A stretch of DNA of 64,000 bases from Vicugna vicugna (taxonomy: Eukaryota). Positions within the stretch are counted from its first letter, which is position 1; each line of letters starts with the position of its first letter. A program made the position numbers and the translations under genes. Below the pieces are notes generated by a model. The model was given only the letters and a program-made list of their open reading frames with translations. It searched no databases and had not been told where the DNA came from. Of the stretch, positions 26,965-39,710 are shown one piece after another. The stretch is from positions 124,001-188,000 of the forward strand of contig MU058034.1 in NCBI GenBank assembly GCA_013265495.1, given 5' to 3'.

Positions 26965-27125
26965 CAAAATCCTGGCTCCACCGTTCTCTTCATTGTATAA
27001 TATTAGTCCAGTTAACTAGGTTTCCTGAGGCTCAATTTTCTTGTGTAACAGGGCCATTACTGTGAGAATTCAATGAGATAAGTACAAATGCCTAATAAAA
27101 TGCCTTTCCTATTGTAGAAGTTAAT
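26965..27125 (+). mobile_element. MIR SINE
   Basis: aatcctggctccacc...ctgaggctcaattttc...tgtgagaattcaatgagataa. Confidence 0.6.
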
Positions 27126-27913
27126 AATTTTTTTTTAGTATGCCACATAACTTTATTTTATTTTGCTGACTAGATCTTAGTTGCTATTTTCTTCCCCTTC
27201 ATATTCTCAGGGAGCATGGTAAACACTAAATAGTTGATTGACAATCCTAACCATACATTGAAAAATTGTGTGTATTATTTCGTTCATTGTTAATCAGAAC
27301 ACTTTGATAAGAACAAAAAATATTACTTGTTTTCTATATTCTACCTGCATCTGTGAACACAGTTATCTATTATTAGTTTATCATTTTTGTGCTGCCAGCT
27401 GTACCCCCAGAGCAAATGTTACGAAGGTAAAACGCAACTGAAGTGAGGCAGGACTTACAGATAAATCTGTTATCTGCTTAACGAATCGTATAGTAAGTGT
27501 CATATTAGGAAGAGGGACAGGAAGGTTGAGCATTTTGAGGAAGAAGCATAATTTTCAGTGCAAAGCATCTATGTTTTCTAAAAGATCACGGGGGACAAAA
27601 AGGGTGAAATAAAATCCTTCAGGAGAGACATCTGTTCTCTCTGATTCTTAAACTCACTTCAAACCTGGAGAAACAAAGCGAAGTGACAGTTAACTCATGT
27701 TTTGTCAGGCCTCGATCTTAAGCTCTTGTATAAAACTAGGGAAGCAGGTGCCCATCTGTGCAAATAGGTGGCTTGAATTAAGCATGATGTGGATTTAAAA
27801 AAGTTACATTTGGAGGTATGGCAAGGAATAGAGAATTTAAGAAAACCCAGAGTACCTTTAGTAAGATGAGAAATGTGAACCGTTGGTTGTGTCTATTTTA
27901 GAAGATAAAATGT

Positions 27914-28046
27914 GTGGGAGAGAGTATATAGTTCAAGTAGTAGAGAGCATGCTTAGCATGCACAAGGTCCTGGCTTCAATCCCCCATGACTCCATAAAAT
28001 AAATAAATAAATCCAGTTACCTCCCCCTTCAAAAAAAATAAATAAA
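27914..28046 (+). mobile_element. tRNA-derived SINE (camelid Vic-1-like)
   Basis: A-box/B-box-like tagttcaagtagtagag...ggcttcaatccc, a (TAAA)n tail, and a perfect 14-bp TSD agaagataaaatgt (27900-27913 / 28047-28060). Confidence 0.9.
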
Positions 28047-29021
28047 AGAAGATAAAATGTAGAAATATTTGTCCCAAAAGGCTCTGTTTAATGCACATTT
28101 CCCTGCAGTAATTCTATCATCAGTACACTCACCCCAAGGAGTGGATGGAGCACCATTACCCTTGGGCCCCTCCCCCAACAGACTTCCATGAGGCCATCTT
28201 GGAAACAGCAGTAGGGAAGATGCTTCATGTCGCAACGTAACTAAGGTAGTGCTCACCCATGACTTAATTATGACTTAGTAGTGACTCTCTTAGCTTCAAA
28301 AGGAGGTTCTTGAGACCTTGAAGCTGAGCAGAAGGAGAATACACAGACTGGAGGGTCTGCTTTAGGGAACAGTGTAAGAATCAGATATTAGCTAACAGAT
28401 AGCCAGCGTTGCAGAAATTGGACTGGATTTGGAATCCTAGTCAGGAGTTTAATCCTGATTTCTCAGTGTGTTCACCTAACTTTTGGGGCTTTATTTTTTC
28501 ATTGATAAAATGAAGGGATTAGGCAAGATAACCTTTTTGGTTCTTCCAGCTCTTCAGAATATTTTAGAGCCAATTAGGTTGTCAACTTTATTCTCAGAAC
28601 TCCTTTTATAGAAGCAATCTGTAAAATTACTGATAAAGCGGTTAGATACTCTCTAATATCCATGTGACTAATGTTAAGTATTTATAGTTCATTGACAATC
28701 TACTGTGTGTCAATCCCTGCATTAATAGAAGTAAGGATGAGATGGTTCAAAGTAAAGGAGAATGTGAATTACAGGTAGCAACCATAACACAAAAACAAAC
28801 CACTTTTGTTTCAAAGACGACAAAAAGTTTGTTTAGCTTTACCTTGAATAGTTGGGACAAACACCAGGTAAATAGTGCATACATTTCTTTTTCTATTCCA
28901 CTAACAGTTTTGTCTTTATAGCTAAAATAAATCTAAAAATTTTTGTTTTAAACTTTTGGCATCTCAGCCTTCTTCTCTTCTTTGGTCTCCTTTAACTTTC
29001 TCCTGATTAATTTACTTTTAA

Positions 29022-29462
29022 ATATCAATTTTATTGAGATACAATTCACATTATGAAATTCACCCCTTTATAGTATACACTTCATTGTTTTTTAATGTAT
29101 TCATAGAGTTGTACAACCATCCCCTCTGTATATTTCCAAGATATTTTCATTGCCCCCCAAAAGAAACCCAATATTCATTAGCAATAATTTCCCATGCCCC
29201 TTTCCCCTTCACCCATGGCAACCACTAGTCTACTTTCTATTTCTATGCATTTTCCTATTTGAACATTTCATATACATTGAATTATACAATATGTGGGTCT
29301 TTTAAACTAGCTTCTTTCAGTCAGATTGTTTCTAAGGCTCATCCCTCCTGTAGCATGTATCATTAGCTCATTCCCATATATTACAAATAATCTTCCATTG
29401 TATGACTGTATTATAGATTTGTTTATCTATTCACTAATTTGCAACATTGAGTTGGTTTCCAT
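29022..29462 (-). mobile_element. Old L1 3' end
   Basis: ttttattgagatacaattcacattatgaaattcacccc...ggcaaccactagtctactttct. Confidence 0.8.
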
Positions 29463-30332
29463 TCATCACTGGCTTTAGACCTTAGTATCTTTTTTGTTTC
29501 TTATATTGTTGAGTGAGTAACTAACCCTTGGAATTTCACTCTATTCTTCTTGTCTAATCGTCATCAAATGTATATGGTGATTACACAGTGCACAAAATGG
29601 AAATATTTAGACATTAATTCAATGAGACACATAAATGGCAACTCTATACTCAGTTCTAAGTAATGTGGTAAATAGGGAAATTTGACTATTTCCTTTTACA
29701 AAGAGTACATGACCTTTTTAAGGATTAATGGCAAGACTTGATAAGGATGGAATATAGGACAAGTGGAGAATTTTTTTTTGAGTGCTAGCTAGATCATCAT
29801 AATCTGCTTTGCTACCTTCATCATCAGCAAACCCAGGATCACTTGTTGGGCGCATACTCTCTACAAAATGCTGCATTTTTTTACATGCATTAGAGTATTT
29901 TATGTTCCAACAATTCAATTTGAATTTTTTTTCATATTTCAAATGACAAGGGTAAATTACAGATAGCCAATATCCAAAAATAAATGCTCAAGAAATGGAA
30001 GAGTTTGATTTTATCTCACATGTCTAAAACATACTCCTTTCATTTTATATATATATACATAATACAATATAATATATATTACACTTACATACACACATAT
30101 ATATACAATATATAAACAAATGTATATATTTAAATAAATGATATAGTTGTTTGAAAAAGAATCATCATGGAGGGATGGACCTCTCACTTACTCATGATGT
30201 TTAGTTTTCAAGATTTGGTTAATGATGATCAGAGTTTGGGTTGAGGTCAGTAGCTTGAGGAAAACACAGTAATAAAAATCATCCTTACCACCACAATAAT
30301 GTTACAACACTAAGTGATTGATTTTAAATAGT

Positions 30333-30712
30333 ATGTTTAGAGTTTATCCTTGTAAACTAAGTCCGTTCCTTGGCAAATCTGATATCTCTTAACAACTCAA
30401 CAGGAGACTTGAAACTGTGATGGAGATTTGTGATTCTTCCAGGACATACATCTACATCTCCTCAGCAGTCTTCAGGTTGATCTGCTGCCAACATGTTTTC
30501 CCCACTCTCAGTAGAAGGAATCTCTGACTACACATCCTGGCAGGCACACACATTCCTCCTGGCAAGCTTCCCCAGTGGGCCGCAAAAGTCTCGTGCTTTG
30601 GGGCAAAATCATTTTTCTCTAAGGGGGGTGTGCCTTGGGAGTATGGCAGGACCCCAAATAAACTGAAAAAATTTCTCAGAATTTTCAGTGACTGAAAATA
30701 TATTTCCTTTTA
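30333..30712 (+). mobile_element. Probable old ERV LTR
   Basis: LTR-like composition, with ccccaaataaac about 50 bp before a ...ttcctttta end. Confidence 0.4.
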
Positions 30713-30999
30713 TGGACCTATTCTTTTGCTACTAAGTACTCATTACACACATACACACACACACACACAATTAATTGTGCTACTCTTTCCTGCATGATAA
30801 AATGCCACTTTACAATGAGCTTGGAGAGGCCCTCTTTTTGTAAATAACACCCTTCGTAAACATAGTCAGTCTTCCTCAATGCACATACACTGTATAATAG
30901 ATCTGTTGTCTGTTTCACTTAGCCAACCTTGACCCTTTTCTTACATCCACAAAATGATTTCTCTTTTTAAAATCAAATACCCAACCCTGAGCAGGAGTG

Positions 31000-31383
31000 G
31001 ACGTGAGATTTAGTCTTGTGCCTGTTAGTACATCACATACCGCTAACACTCAGGGCAAGAATGTTTACCCGGCCCCATCAGGACCAAAGAGAGGAACAAA
31101 TCTCAGATTGAGAATTCTAGAAAAAGAATCTTAATTTTTCCTGGTGGGCTTGAAAGTCAGAGGCCACAAGATTTTAGTCACCTTTTGATTTAGAAGGAAA
31201 AAAGCCTGTCTGAATGAAACCGTCTAAGGGAAAACTATAAGATAGTACCCATGCCCTGATGACATCATTTGAGCCCCAGCATCAAGCAGTACCTGGAAGC
31301 CAGACATACAGTACAATCATTTTTTGACTTAAGTCCATTTCGGTCAGGGATTCCAATACTTGAAACAGAAATAATCCTTTACG
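31000..31383 (+). mobile_element. Old MaLR LTR (MLT1I/J-like)
   Basis: gatgacatcatttgagcccc...aagcagtacctggaagcca...ttaagtccattt...acttgaaacagaaa. Confidence 0.55.
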
Positions 31384-32813
31384 TTTCTCCCAACTCCTAC
31401 CCTGATGTAGAAAATGGTAATGATCCATGTGTTCATATCTGATCAGTCTTCTCCTAAGAATGTAAGTTTGTATATTAGCTGCTTATAGTTAGATAAATTG
31501 CGTTTTAGGCATATAACAGAATATGATTAAGTTCCAACTTGGACTCAACAGCATTTTTCTTTAATTAACTGAGTTTTTCTTATGAACTTTAACACTGTTT
31601 TAAAAAAAAATAACAGCTAAATATAAGAAGTGGTTTCATCCAAACTCAAAACCCAAAGTTATAATCCAAAGTTATTGCCTCATTTCCACTAAACTTAGCC
31701 ATAGAACTGACCACAGTACTCTTATATTGGTAATCATCCTATAAGTATTTTAATGTATTTTATATTTCTGTTATAATTTCCAGTGTCTGATTGTTTTTGA
31801 GTATGTGCATTTTTAAGCAGTCTTTTTGTCACTTTTTTTCAATGTTGTTTCTGTTTAAATCAGTGCAATACTTTCATTTTACTCAACTAAGTCAATTTCC
31901 TGTTCAATTAAGTCTTAGATATGGTTTAATTTATATACTTCTTGGAGTGCAGTTATCAATTTTAATTTCTAGACATTTAATTGAAAATGTAGAATTTGAT
32001 AAAGATATGCCATTATGCATTTAAAAGTCATAGCATCTGTTGTTTAGATGTATGAATTATTTGTCAAACAATAGAATTCCTCAGTGCTGCTTTGTAAAAC
32101 TGTTCAGGGCTAAAACATCTACACTTTTTAAAATTCTCTTTCTAAATATTATCACTTATCTCTTTTTATTTCCAATTATCACATTTTAATTTATTTATTC
32201 TTTCTATAATGTCAATTGGAGCTGAAAGTATTAAGCATTTAAAATAGCCAGTGCAGAATTTTTAATGATAGGACATAATGCCTAATTTATAATTATAAGT
32301 GAAGAGAAAGGGATGCAAACCATGATGTACCTTGAGATTTCAACTGCATGTTTTATAAGGAAACACATTAACAGTTTCACAGTTATTTTTCCTTGGTATG
32401 TTAGCATTATTCAAGTTTTCAGTAATGAATATATATTACTTTATAATCAGAAAAGAATCAAAAAGTTACTATCTTTGATCACCTATATCTTTTTCTTTTG
32501 TTATCTTGAGGGTTCTAATATTAAACATGACTAGAAAAACATTTTTATAGGATAAGAATCTGCCTAAGATGAGCTGCCACTAGATAGGCTAAGTTAACAA
32601 GATTCATGTCTATTGAACTGAGAGACCAATTTCAAGACATCACATCTTGGTAGGAAGAACATAACTTTATCAAATATACTAGAGGGTAAATATGTTTGTC
32701 CGTGGGACAACGTCAGGATTTAATCAAAACTGACTAAAATGCATGGACTGTCCACAAAGGATCCAAGTAGGTTAACAAAATAGCCTAGTGATGACTGGTT
32801 AAGTCTGCACAGG

Positions 32814-32937
32814 TATATATATATATATATATATATACATATATATACACATATATATATGTGTATAGATATATATATATATATATATATATCCATACAC
32901 ATAAACACATATATATACATTATACATATATATGTAT
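32814..32937. repeat. (TA)n/(CA)n compound microsatellite
   Basis: Directly visible in the sequence. Confidence 0.95.
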
Positions 32938-34458
32938 AATCTGTTCAGTTTAAATGGTAGATTTAAGAGCTTTAAATGACAATGTTTCAAGATTAAAGCA
33001 CAAATTGGATGTGTAGAGTTAATGTCCATTTTGAGTCTCTGATTTACAAGTTTGGTGCAAGATTATTTGATTTATAATTAAGTTAATGAAATGTCACTAT
33101 GCAATTTGAGGCCATGTTATTAGTGATGTAGAAATTAATATTAAAATTAAAACCTTGAGAGAAAAAGGGGAGATGTTTATAATTGAGGAAAGATAGCTTG
33201 TGGGTAACTGAACGGTCTGAGGTTTCACCCTACTTGTCAAGTAACATACATATAAACATGAGGCCTTTGGATCAGAGATGAAGACTTTATTACTCATAGC
33301 AACAGACAGATTATCACAGGGCAATATGGTGGGGGCCGGATGATACCTTCTCATATAGTGAGGCACCTTACAGGAATGGGATCCCGTAATATGAAAACTC
33401 TTTTATTGCAAAGGATTACTGGTGACCTGGCATCCTCCAAATGTACATTTGAAGACTGAGATCAGCCCAGTTTAATCTTTACAGAATGAGGTAAAATGGA
33501 GACAAGTTAGTGGCTGACTAAAACAAAAACAAAATTAGAGAGAGGAATGATTTAGATATTTTCCTAGCCTCTTATTTTTTCTTTACATTTTTCAGTTCAC
33601 ATTTTCCCTTAAAATAAGCTCTATTCTTTTCATGTGCCAGTGTAGACTTCTAGACCTTTATGATCATAGAAACACAACCAACATTTATGTTCATTTCACA
33701 TGAGATGCTCAGTGAAGAGAACACGTGAATGTTTTCCCTTTGTTCACTGACTTCAGTAGACCAGACCACTCAAGCAGAGATAGTTGAGTCTGAAGTTAAA
33801 AAAGCTTTGGTAAAGCTCTAGTGATTTTGAAGGTTTTAACTGAAGAAAGTTAAGAACCAGTTACAAGTAGGTACTTATGCTACTGCTGTGCAAACAAACC
33901 TTTTGGTTGGAAGAGATATTTGAAAGTCTAGAGAGTGGTGTTTATTTTTCTCTTATGTGTACTTTTTTGAAAATAATCTAAAGAATGAAATAATCATATG
34001 AAAATTACTGCTATTCACATTTTAGCTACAAATCAAAAAAACATCATTTAGTTGAGTGGCCATCAACTGTTCCATTATCTAGCCTGGAAAGGGCTCTTTA
34101 TCACAGGAAGTGCCATTCATAAGATTGACACTTCTGTATGAATTAATGATGATTACTTAGAATTATGACAACTTTTAAATGATGATGGCTTTTATCCTGC
34201 TTACTTTTTGGAAAAATGCATTTATTTTGTACACTTAATCTTTATCCTATTTCCCAGGAACTCAAATCATTTTGAGGTAAATATATTTCTTATGCCAGAT
34301 TGGAGAACAAAAATTCTTTCAAGTATGTAGGTATTTTCAGGACCCAAAAGTACATTCTTCTAGTGACACTGCAGTGATTGGTGACTAAACTCACATTTAT
34401 AAATATGGTAAGTAAAAAATATGTTCTTTGAATGAAGCAAACGATCAATAGTTCAACA

Positions 34459-34667
34459 CAGAAGTCAGCAGACTTTTTCTTTAAAGGACCACTGAGTGGA
34501 TATTTTAGGCTTGTGAACTGTAGAGTCTGTGTTGCAGCTACTAAAATTTGCCCTTATAGTGCAAAAGCTGCTCCAGTACACAGTATGTAAATGAATAAAT
34601 GAATAAATGAATAAACGTGGTGCACCAAAATCTAGACCACAGCCATAGCCCGGGTTTGCAAACCCTG
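34459..34667. mobile_element. MER58A-like hAT-Charlie MITE
   Basis: cagaagtcagcagactttttctttaaagg...atattttaggctt...gtttgcaaaccctg. Confidence 0.8.
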
Positions 34668-34919
34668 ATCTAGCATACTAACATAACATACTCTCTCTCT
34701 GTATATATATACACATATAAAATATAAAACTGTATTAAATATGTTATCAAATATTTTATTTAATATCTTAATCAAATCACTAACACATACCATTATATTG
34801 ATTTATATTGATTTAATCAGTATTAATTAGTTTATGTCAATCTATAATCTACCATTTAAATTTGATATCAGTATGGACGTAATGAAAGTAGATTATCTAA
34901 ATTTGGATTTGTAAGGTTA

Positions 34920-35217
34920 TGTTAAAGAAAAATTATTCCCGCCACTCGTTAAAATTGTAAGGAAGACTTCATTCAAAACTTATTACAATAAAGGAGAGAC
35001 TATTACAATAGGGGAAAAGAGAATGAAGTCAACTCTAAATACTCTGGGATTTATAGCCCAGAAGCAGAGTGTGAGGGACAGTAGATGGAACAAATCAAGG
35101 GTCATCAGTAAACTGACTTAGCAGAATTCTTGCTAAAGGCAGGCCAAGGTGGAGGTCTAGTGGTGAAGAGGGATCAGAGGAGCCTGATTAAATTTAGGTC
35201 AAGAAGGGAGTCTGTCA
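34920..35217 (-). mobile_element. ERV1-type solo LTR
   Basis: Starts tgttaaagaaaaattattc...gtaaggaagacttcattc and ends agtctgtca. Confidence 0.65.
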
Positions 35218-35361
35218 GGAGTGCTAAATGTATTTCTAAATAAAATTATAAGGGGAAAAATAAAATATGAATGATAAATGTAGTGGAAAGACTTAATGTT
35301 GTAGCAGAGAGAAAGAGCTAAGCCCCTTCGATGGGATAGGTGCCATATTGTATACTACAGA

Positions 35362-35835
35362 TGTGACAAACTGCTGAATACTGGTTCCCCTAAATTAGCA
35401 CCCAAGTAACCTGTTAAACGTGATGAAACACAGCGGAATTTTTTGCTTACTTTGGTGAAGGAGATCGCTGTCTTGACCGCCAGTAAGCAGCGTACTCCCC
35501 AGAGGGAATGGCAAAGGAGCGATGCTCATGAGGCTTTTGGGGGTCTATGTTGACAGGTCTTTCAATAAGTAGAACTGATCAGTATTGGATGAAATTTGTG
35601 TTTAAGATCTTAGGATTGGTGAATTTACAGAGGTGAGGGTTTGGAGAGGTTCTTGAATAGTGAACAGCCATTTGTTTGAGCTATGTATTATTCTGAGAAA
35701 GAGAGATTTACTTCAGTGAGCATTAGTTGAGTAGCCTATTTTTCAAATAAATGGATTTTCAGAAAGTCCCTGAAAAAAAAAATGACAAAATTATTTGCAA
35801 CCTCATCTTCCTGGCAAGGATTTTCTGAAATATTA
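35362..35835 (-). mobile_element. Old ERV-type LTR, related to 37024-37524
   Basis: Shares collinear motifs with 37024-37524 (caccca..ta.cctgtta, taggat.ggtgaa, ctgaaaaaaa). Confidence 0.5.
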
Positions 35836-37023
35836 AAGCCGTATTAATGCAGGCACTTGGAATAGTAAATTCATGTTAATGTAGACTGCAAGATGTGTGG
35901 GTGTGGATACATTCACTTCTGAAAGGGACAAGAAATAGGGCCTTTCTTGAATGTATAGAGTAATTGAAAACCCAAAACAAACACATCCAATGAAATAAAA
36001 ACAGAGTAAAATCATATGAAAGGAATTATATGATTAAATATTAAATGACTGGTATAGGATCTCAGAAAAGAGGTTGAGTGAGCACTTTTAAAAGTGTTGA
36101 AAATCTAACAATACTTTGAAAAAGGTGAAAACTCTGGGCAGGACCTTGCCCTTTGTTACTGGGTATCATAAGCAAAATAGAATGGGAGTGAAGTAGGAGA
36201 CAGTTGTAAACAAAGGATGATCTGGAAGATTTTATAGGATATCAGGAGCTGATAACTATGGAAATATGTTGCGGTCACACAGTGAGTAATCTGAGTGCCA
36301 CAATTGTTTTCAGAAAGCAGAAGAGAATTCAAAGTGTTGTTTAGAATATGTTAGACTGTGTGATGGGAAAAAAGTAGAGACATAGAGAACATTTAAAAAA
36401 CTCAAACAACATTCTAAGTGAAGTGCTATAAAGCACAATATTAATATGGGAGATGAAGAAATAGAGAAGATGTAATGAACTTAAGTGTGTATAAATATAC
36501 ACACTTTGAGGGAGGATGTAGCCAAAAATGTAGGGAGTCTAATTTTAGTCTACTGGGTTTTAGGAGAGATGGTTGAGGACCTTCAGTGTTTCAGTTATGA
36601 CTGGCTCGGTATTCCAGATTTACCATTGATATGTTTAATTAATGATTAAATCTTAACTTGATATTTAACAAATCCTTCCTATATTTATTAGAGCATTTTC
36701 AGTGATAATCATTTCATTATTTTCTTTCACTGTTTCTTTTTCAATTTTTCAGTTTGTGAATTAAAAAAATTGATGCTGTAGAATTTTTATTTTAGATACA
36801 TTAAGAATAGATTTTTTTAAACAAAAATCATATTTGGATTAAAATGTTTCAAATAATTGAATTGCCAAGATTTTTTTCCTCTTTTTCAAAAATCCTCTCC
36901 ACAGGTAGATGATAGATAATAGAGATTTAATTTTGAAGCATTAAACGTGAATCATCATGTCAAAATTAAATGTATAATTTCATAAATAACATAAAAAATA
37001 AAGTGACTTTATATTGATATTTA

Positions 37024-37524
37024 TGAAAGGTGAGTTTTGTCAACTGTCAACACCCACAATAGCCTGTTAGGCAAAGCGGAACTATTACCTACCGCAGTCA
37101 GGGAGGACAACCTTTGACAGTCTCAGAATGTCCATAAGGAGGGGTTAGTGGGATGGGGGTGAGGTTACGTATAGGCTGGGAATCTAGACTTGAATTGTTA
37201 AGACAGGTCTCTCAATCTGAGGGGCTGTTTATAGAGTTGGGTGCATTTCATAACGTAATGGTCTAGGATGGGTGAACACAGGGAGGCAAGCATCTTGAAG
37301 TGAATCTTAAGTGAACATTTGCTTGATAATTAAGAAATGTGCTCAGTTTTAGGAGCTAATGACTCAGGTAAATTATTTTTTAGCAAGTTTCTGAAAAAAA
37401 TTAAGTTCTGTACTGATTTATAGCCTTTTCCTCATGGACAAGAACTTGCAAGCATTAAAAGTAAAATCTTACAGATAGGTCCTGACAGTTGGGGTGGATA
37501 CAGAGGCCTCAGTTCTCAGTTTCA
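37024..37524 (-). mobile_element. Old ERV-type solo LTR
   Basis: Termini TGAAA...TTTCA, 501 bp long, LTR-like composition. Confidence 0.6.
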
Positions 37525-39615
37525 ATAGCAAATTGAGAACTGAACTGTAATGTGAAGCATGTTACTGCCTGCTTTGTGTGGAATAGGTATAAAATAAAAG
37601 GTTGCCTTTATTTGAAAGAATTTAAACTAGGATATTACTACGTCTTTCCTTTGGCTAGCAAATTATGGAAAAAGGAATTGGACAGAAGTGACAGGAGAAA
37701 TCATTTGTGGGGAGGCGGGGCAGCAGACACTAAAAATACATTTTTGTATATCAGATGGAGAGGCTAGACAGTGATTCTGTCTTGTCCCATCCTTTCATTA
37801 AGAAAAAAAACTAATTGAATTGAATCTATGTTCAGGATAATTGACTCTTAACTTTCAATGAGCTGAAAAGGAAGAAAAATTATTTAATCAAAGTACTGTA
37901 TAGACATGCATAATACAGTGTTTTAAGAATGTTTCAAGTACACCTACCTTAATCTTCCTGTGTTAATGCATTTTACTCATTGATCTGATTCACTCATATT
38001 TCATTACCTAATATTAAACAAAATATGAAGTGACAGTTTTGAAATATGGTTCCAGTAGGTAATTTATTAATGCAATAATAGCAGTTTCAAAACTGGGAGA
38101 TTCCACTAGTAACTATAAATCAAACAGTAAAATAGGATAAATATGACAGCCAGAAGACCAGATTGTAAAGACCAGAAAAAAATTAAAACGAATTAATAAA
38201 ATCAGATACTAGATGCTTTTAAAATAATTTGTGCAGAAATCTGTATTAAATATTAACCTAGAGAGTCACGGTTAAATTAAAAAAAAAGTTTCTCCCACTA
38301 ATGCAACACGGAAAGTCTAATAGTAAAATTTGCAGGAGGGCAGATCTAAAGGTATTTATAAATCTCAAATCTCTGTAGATGTTTTTCAAGTCTAAATAAT
38401 TATCCAATGAAATTTACTTTAAAAATATTAAATGTAGTCTTTATTTTCTTAAACAAGCTTCACTTTCTTCTACTTTGAGTCTTAGAGAAATAAAAATTAA
38501 TTTTCCTTTCTTCACCTTAATATAATCCATCACCTGCTTAGAGTTTCTTCTTACTGTGAGACTATAAGGCTAGATGTTACTTTATCTCTTCCATTGAAGA
38601 GAAATTGCTATTCATGCTGAAGGGCTCTTCTTTCTCCCTAAACCCACAAATTCCATTCCTATTTAGATTTCTGCAGTGTGTTGGTCCCCTGGGAGAAGAA
38701 CCACTCACTGAGTGGCTTTTTGCTACATTTATCTCCCTGGTGCAGTGGAAAGGGAAAGTCCTCTTTCTCTTAATTTATTGTGAAAATATTATAAGGTTGC
38801 TTTGTTAATGCATGCTATTTATGCTAATCTGTTATGGGAATATCCATCTATATCAAGAAGTGGTCCAGAGTTGAGAATATGAAGAAAAGTAACAGGTGTC
38901 AGTTGAGCTAGGACCATTGATTAAGCAAGCATTAATCAACAGCAGGAAGACAGGAGACCAGAGTCAGCCGGCAAGATCAGATGAGTAACCCAGGTGACCA
39001 GTGTTGATGTTGAGCTATGTTCATAAATATAGGATAGAAAGGAAAGGGAAGAGAGGAAAGAATACAAGTCAAAATAAGTATTTCTTATGTGTGTAGACCT
39101 ATTATCTGCTTAACATCACTAGAAAGGACAGCAGGTAAAGTTAATGACAAAAATAACCCAGTTTATTTGTGGGTGATAAAGTCCTTATTTTAAAGATCAC
39201 AGAGGATCATCTTTCAGTATACCTAAAGGATAACTCAGATAGAGGCTTGGAAATCTTTACTTGTGTCTTTTTCTCCTTTCTTATTTGGAAACTGGAGGCA
39301 CTTCTTTTTGACCCTTATTTCTCATCTTGGAATGGGCAGCCGATTGCCCGAATTTTAATTAATTTTCATTTGTCAAACCAAGAGAGCCACCTTCTCACTA
39401 ACCCTGTTTTCACTGCATAATAGACCATGTGCTAGGTGGGCTTCCTGATCAGTGAAGAGGATTAACGTGAGCCAAGTATGGAAATCTGTTCAGGTTATTA
39501 AAGGCTAACAGTGATTGTTCTAATGCGTCTGTTTATTATGCACATTTTCTCCTCTATGGTCATAATATTACCTCGTCAATGTGTTTGTCAATTGTTAATA
39601 TCTTTGTTGTTGCAG

Positions 39616-39710
39616 ATACAGATGTGGTGTATAAAAGCGAGGATGGACATGTCATTAAACTGAATATAGAAACAAATGCTACTACATTATTATTGGAAAA
39701 CACAACATTT
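39616..39710 (+). CDS. DPP10: DPP10 internal coding exon (95 bp, ~exon 4), extracellular N-terminal region
   Basis: Acceptor tctttgttgttgcag, donor gtaagt. The first 2 nt complete a split codon, then it reads (D)TDVVYKSEDGHVIKLNIETNATTLLLENTTF, matching recalled human DTDVVYKSENGHVIKLNIETNATTLLLENTTF apart from one N>D change. Confidence 0.96.

Noticed and set aside
27914..27990. tRNA gene
   Set aside because: A/B-box-like motifs are present, but the A-rich tail, TSD and lack of a clean cloverleaf indicate a SINE. The same applies at 16728 and 45603.
37510..37542. 9-bp inverted repeat cagttctca/tgagaactg at an LTR edge
   Set aside because: Too short; expected by chance in 64 kb.
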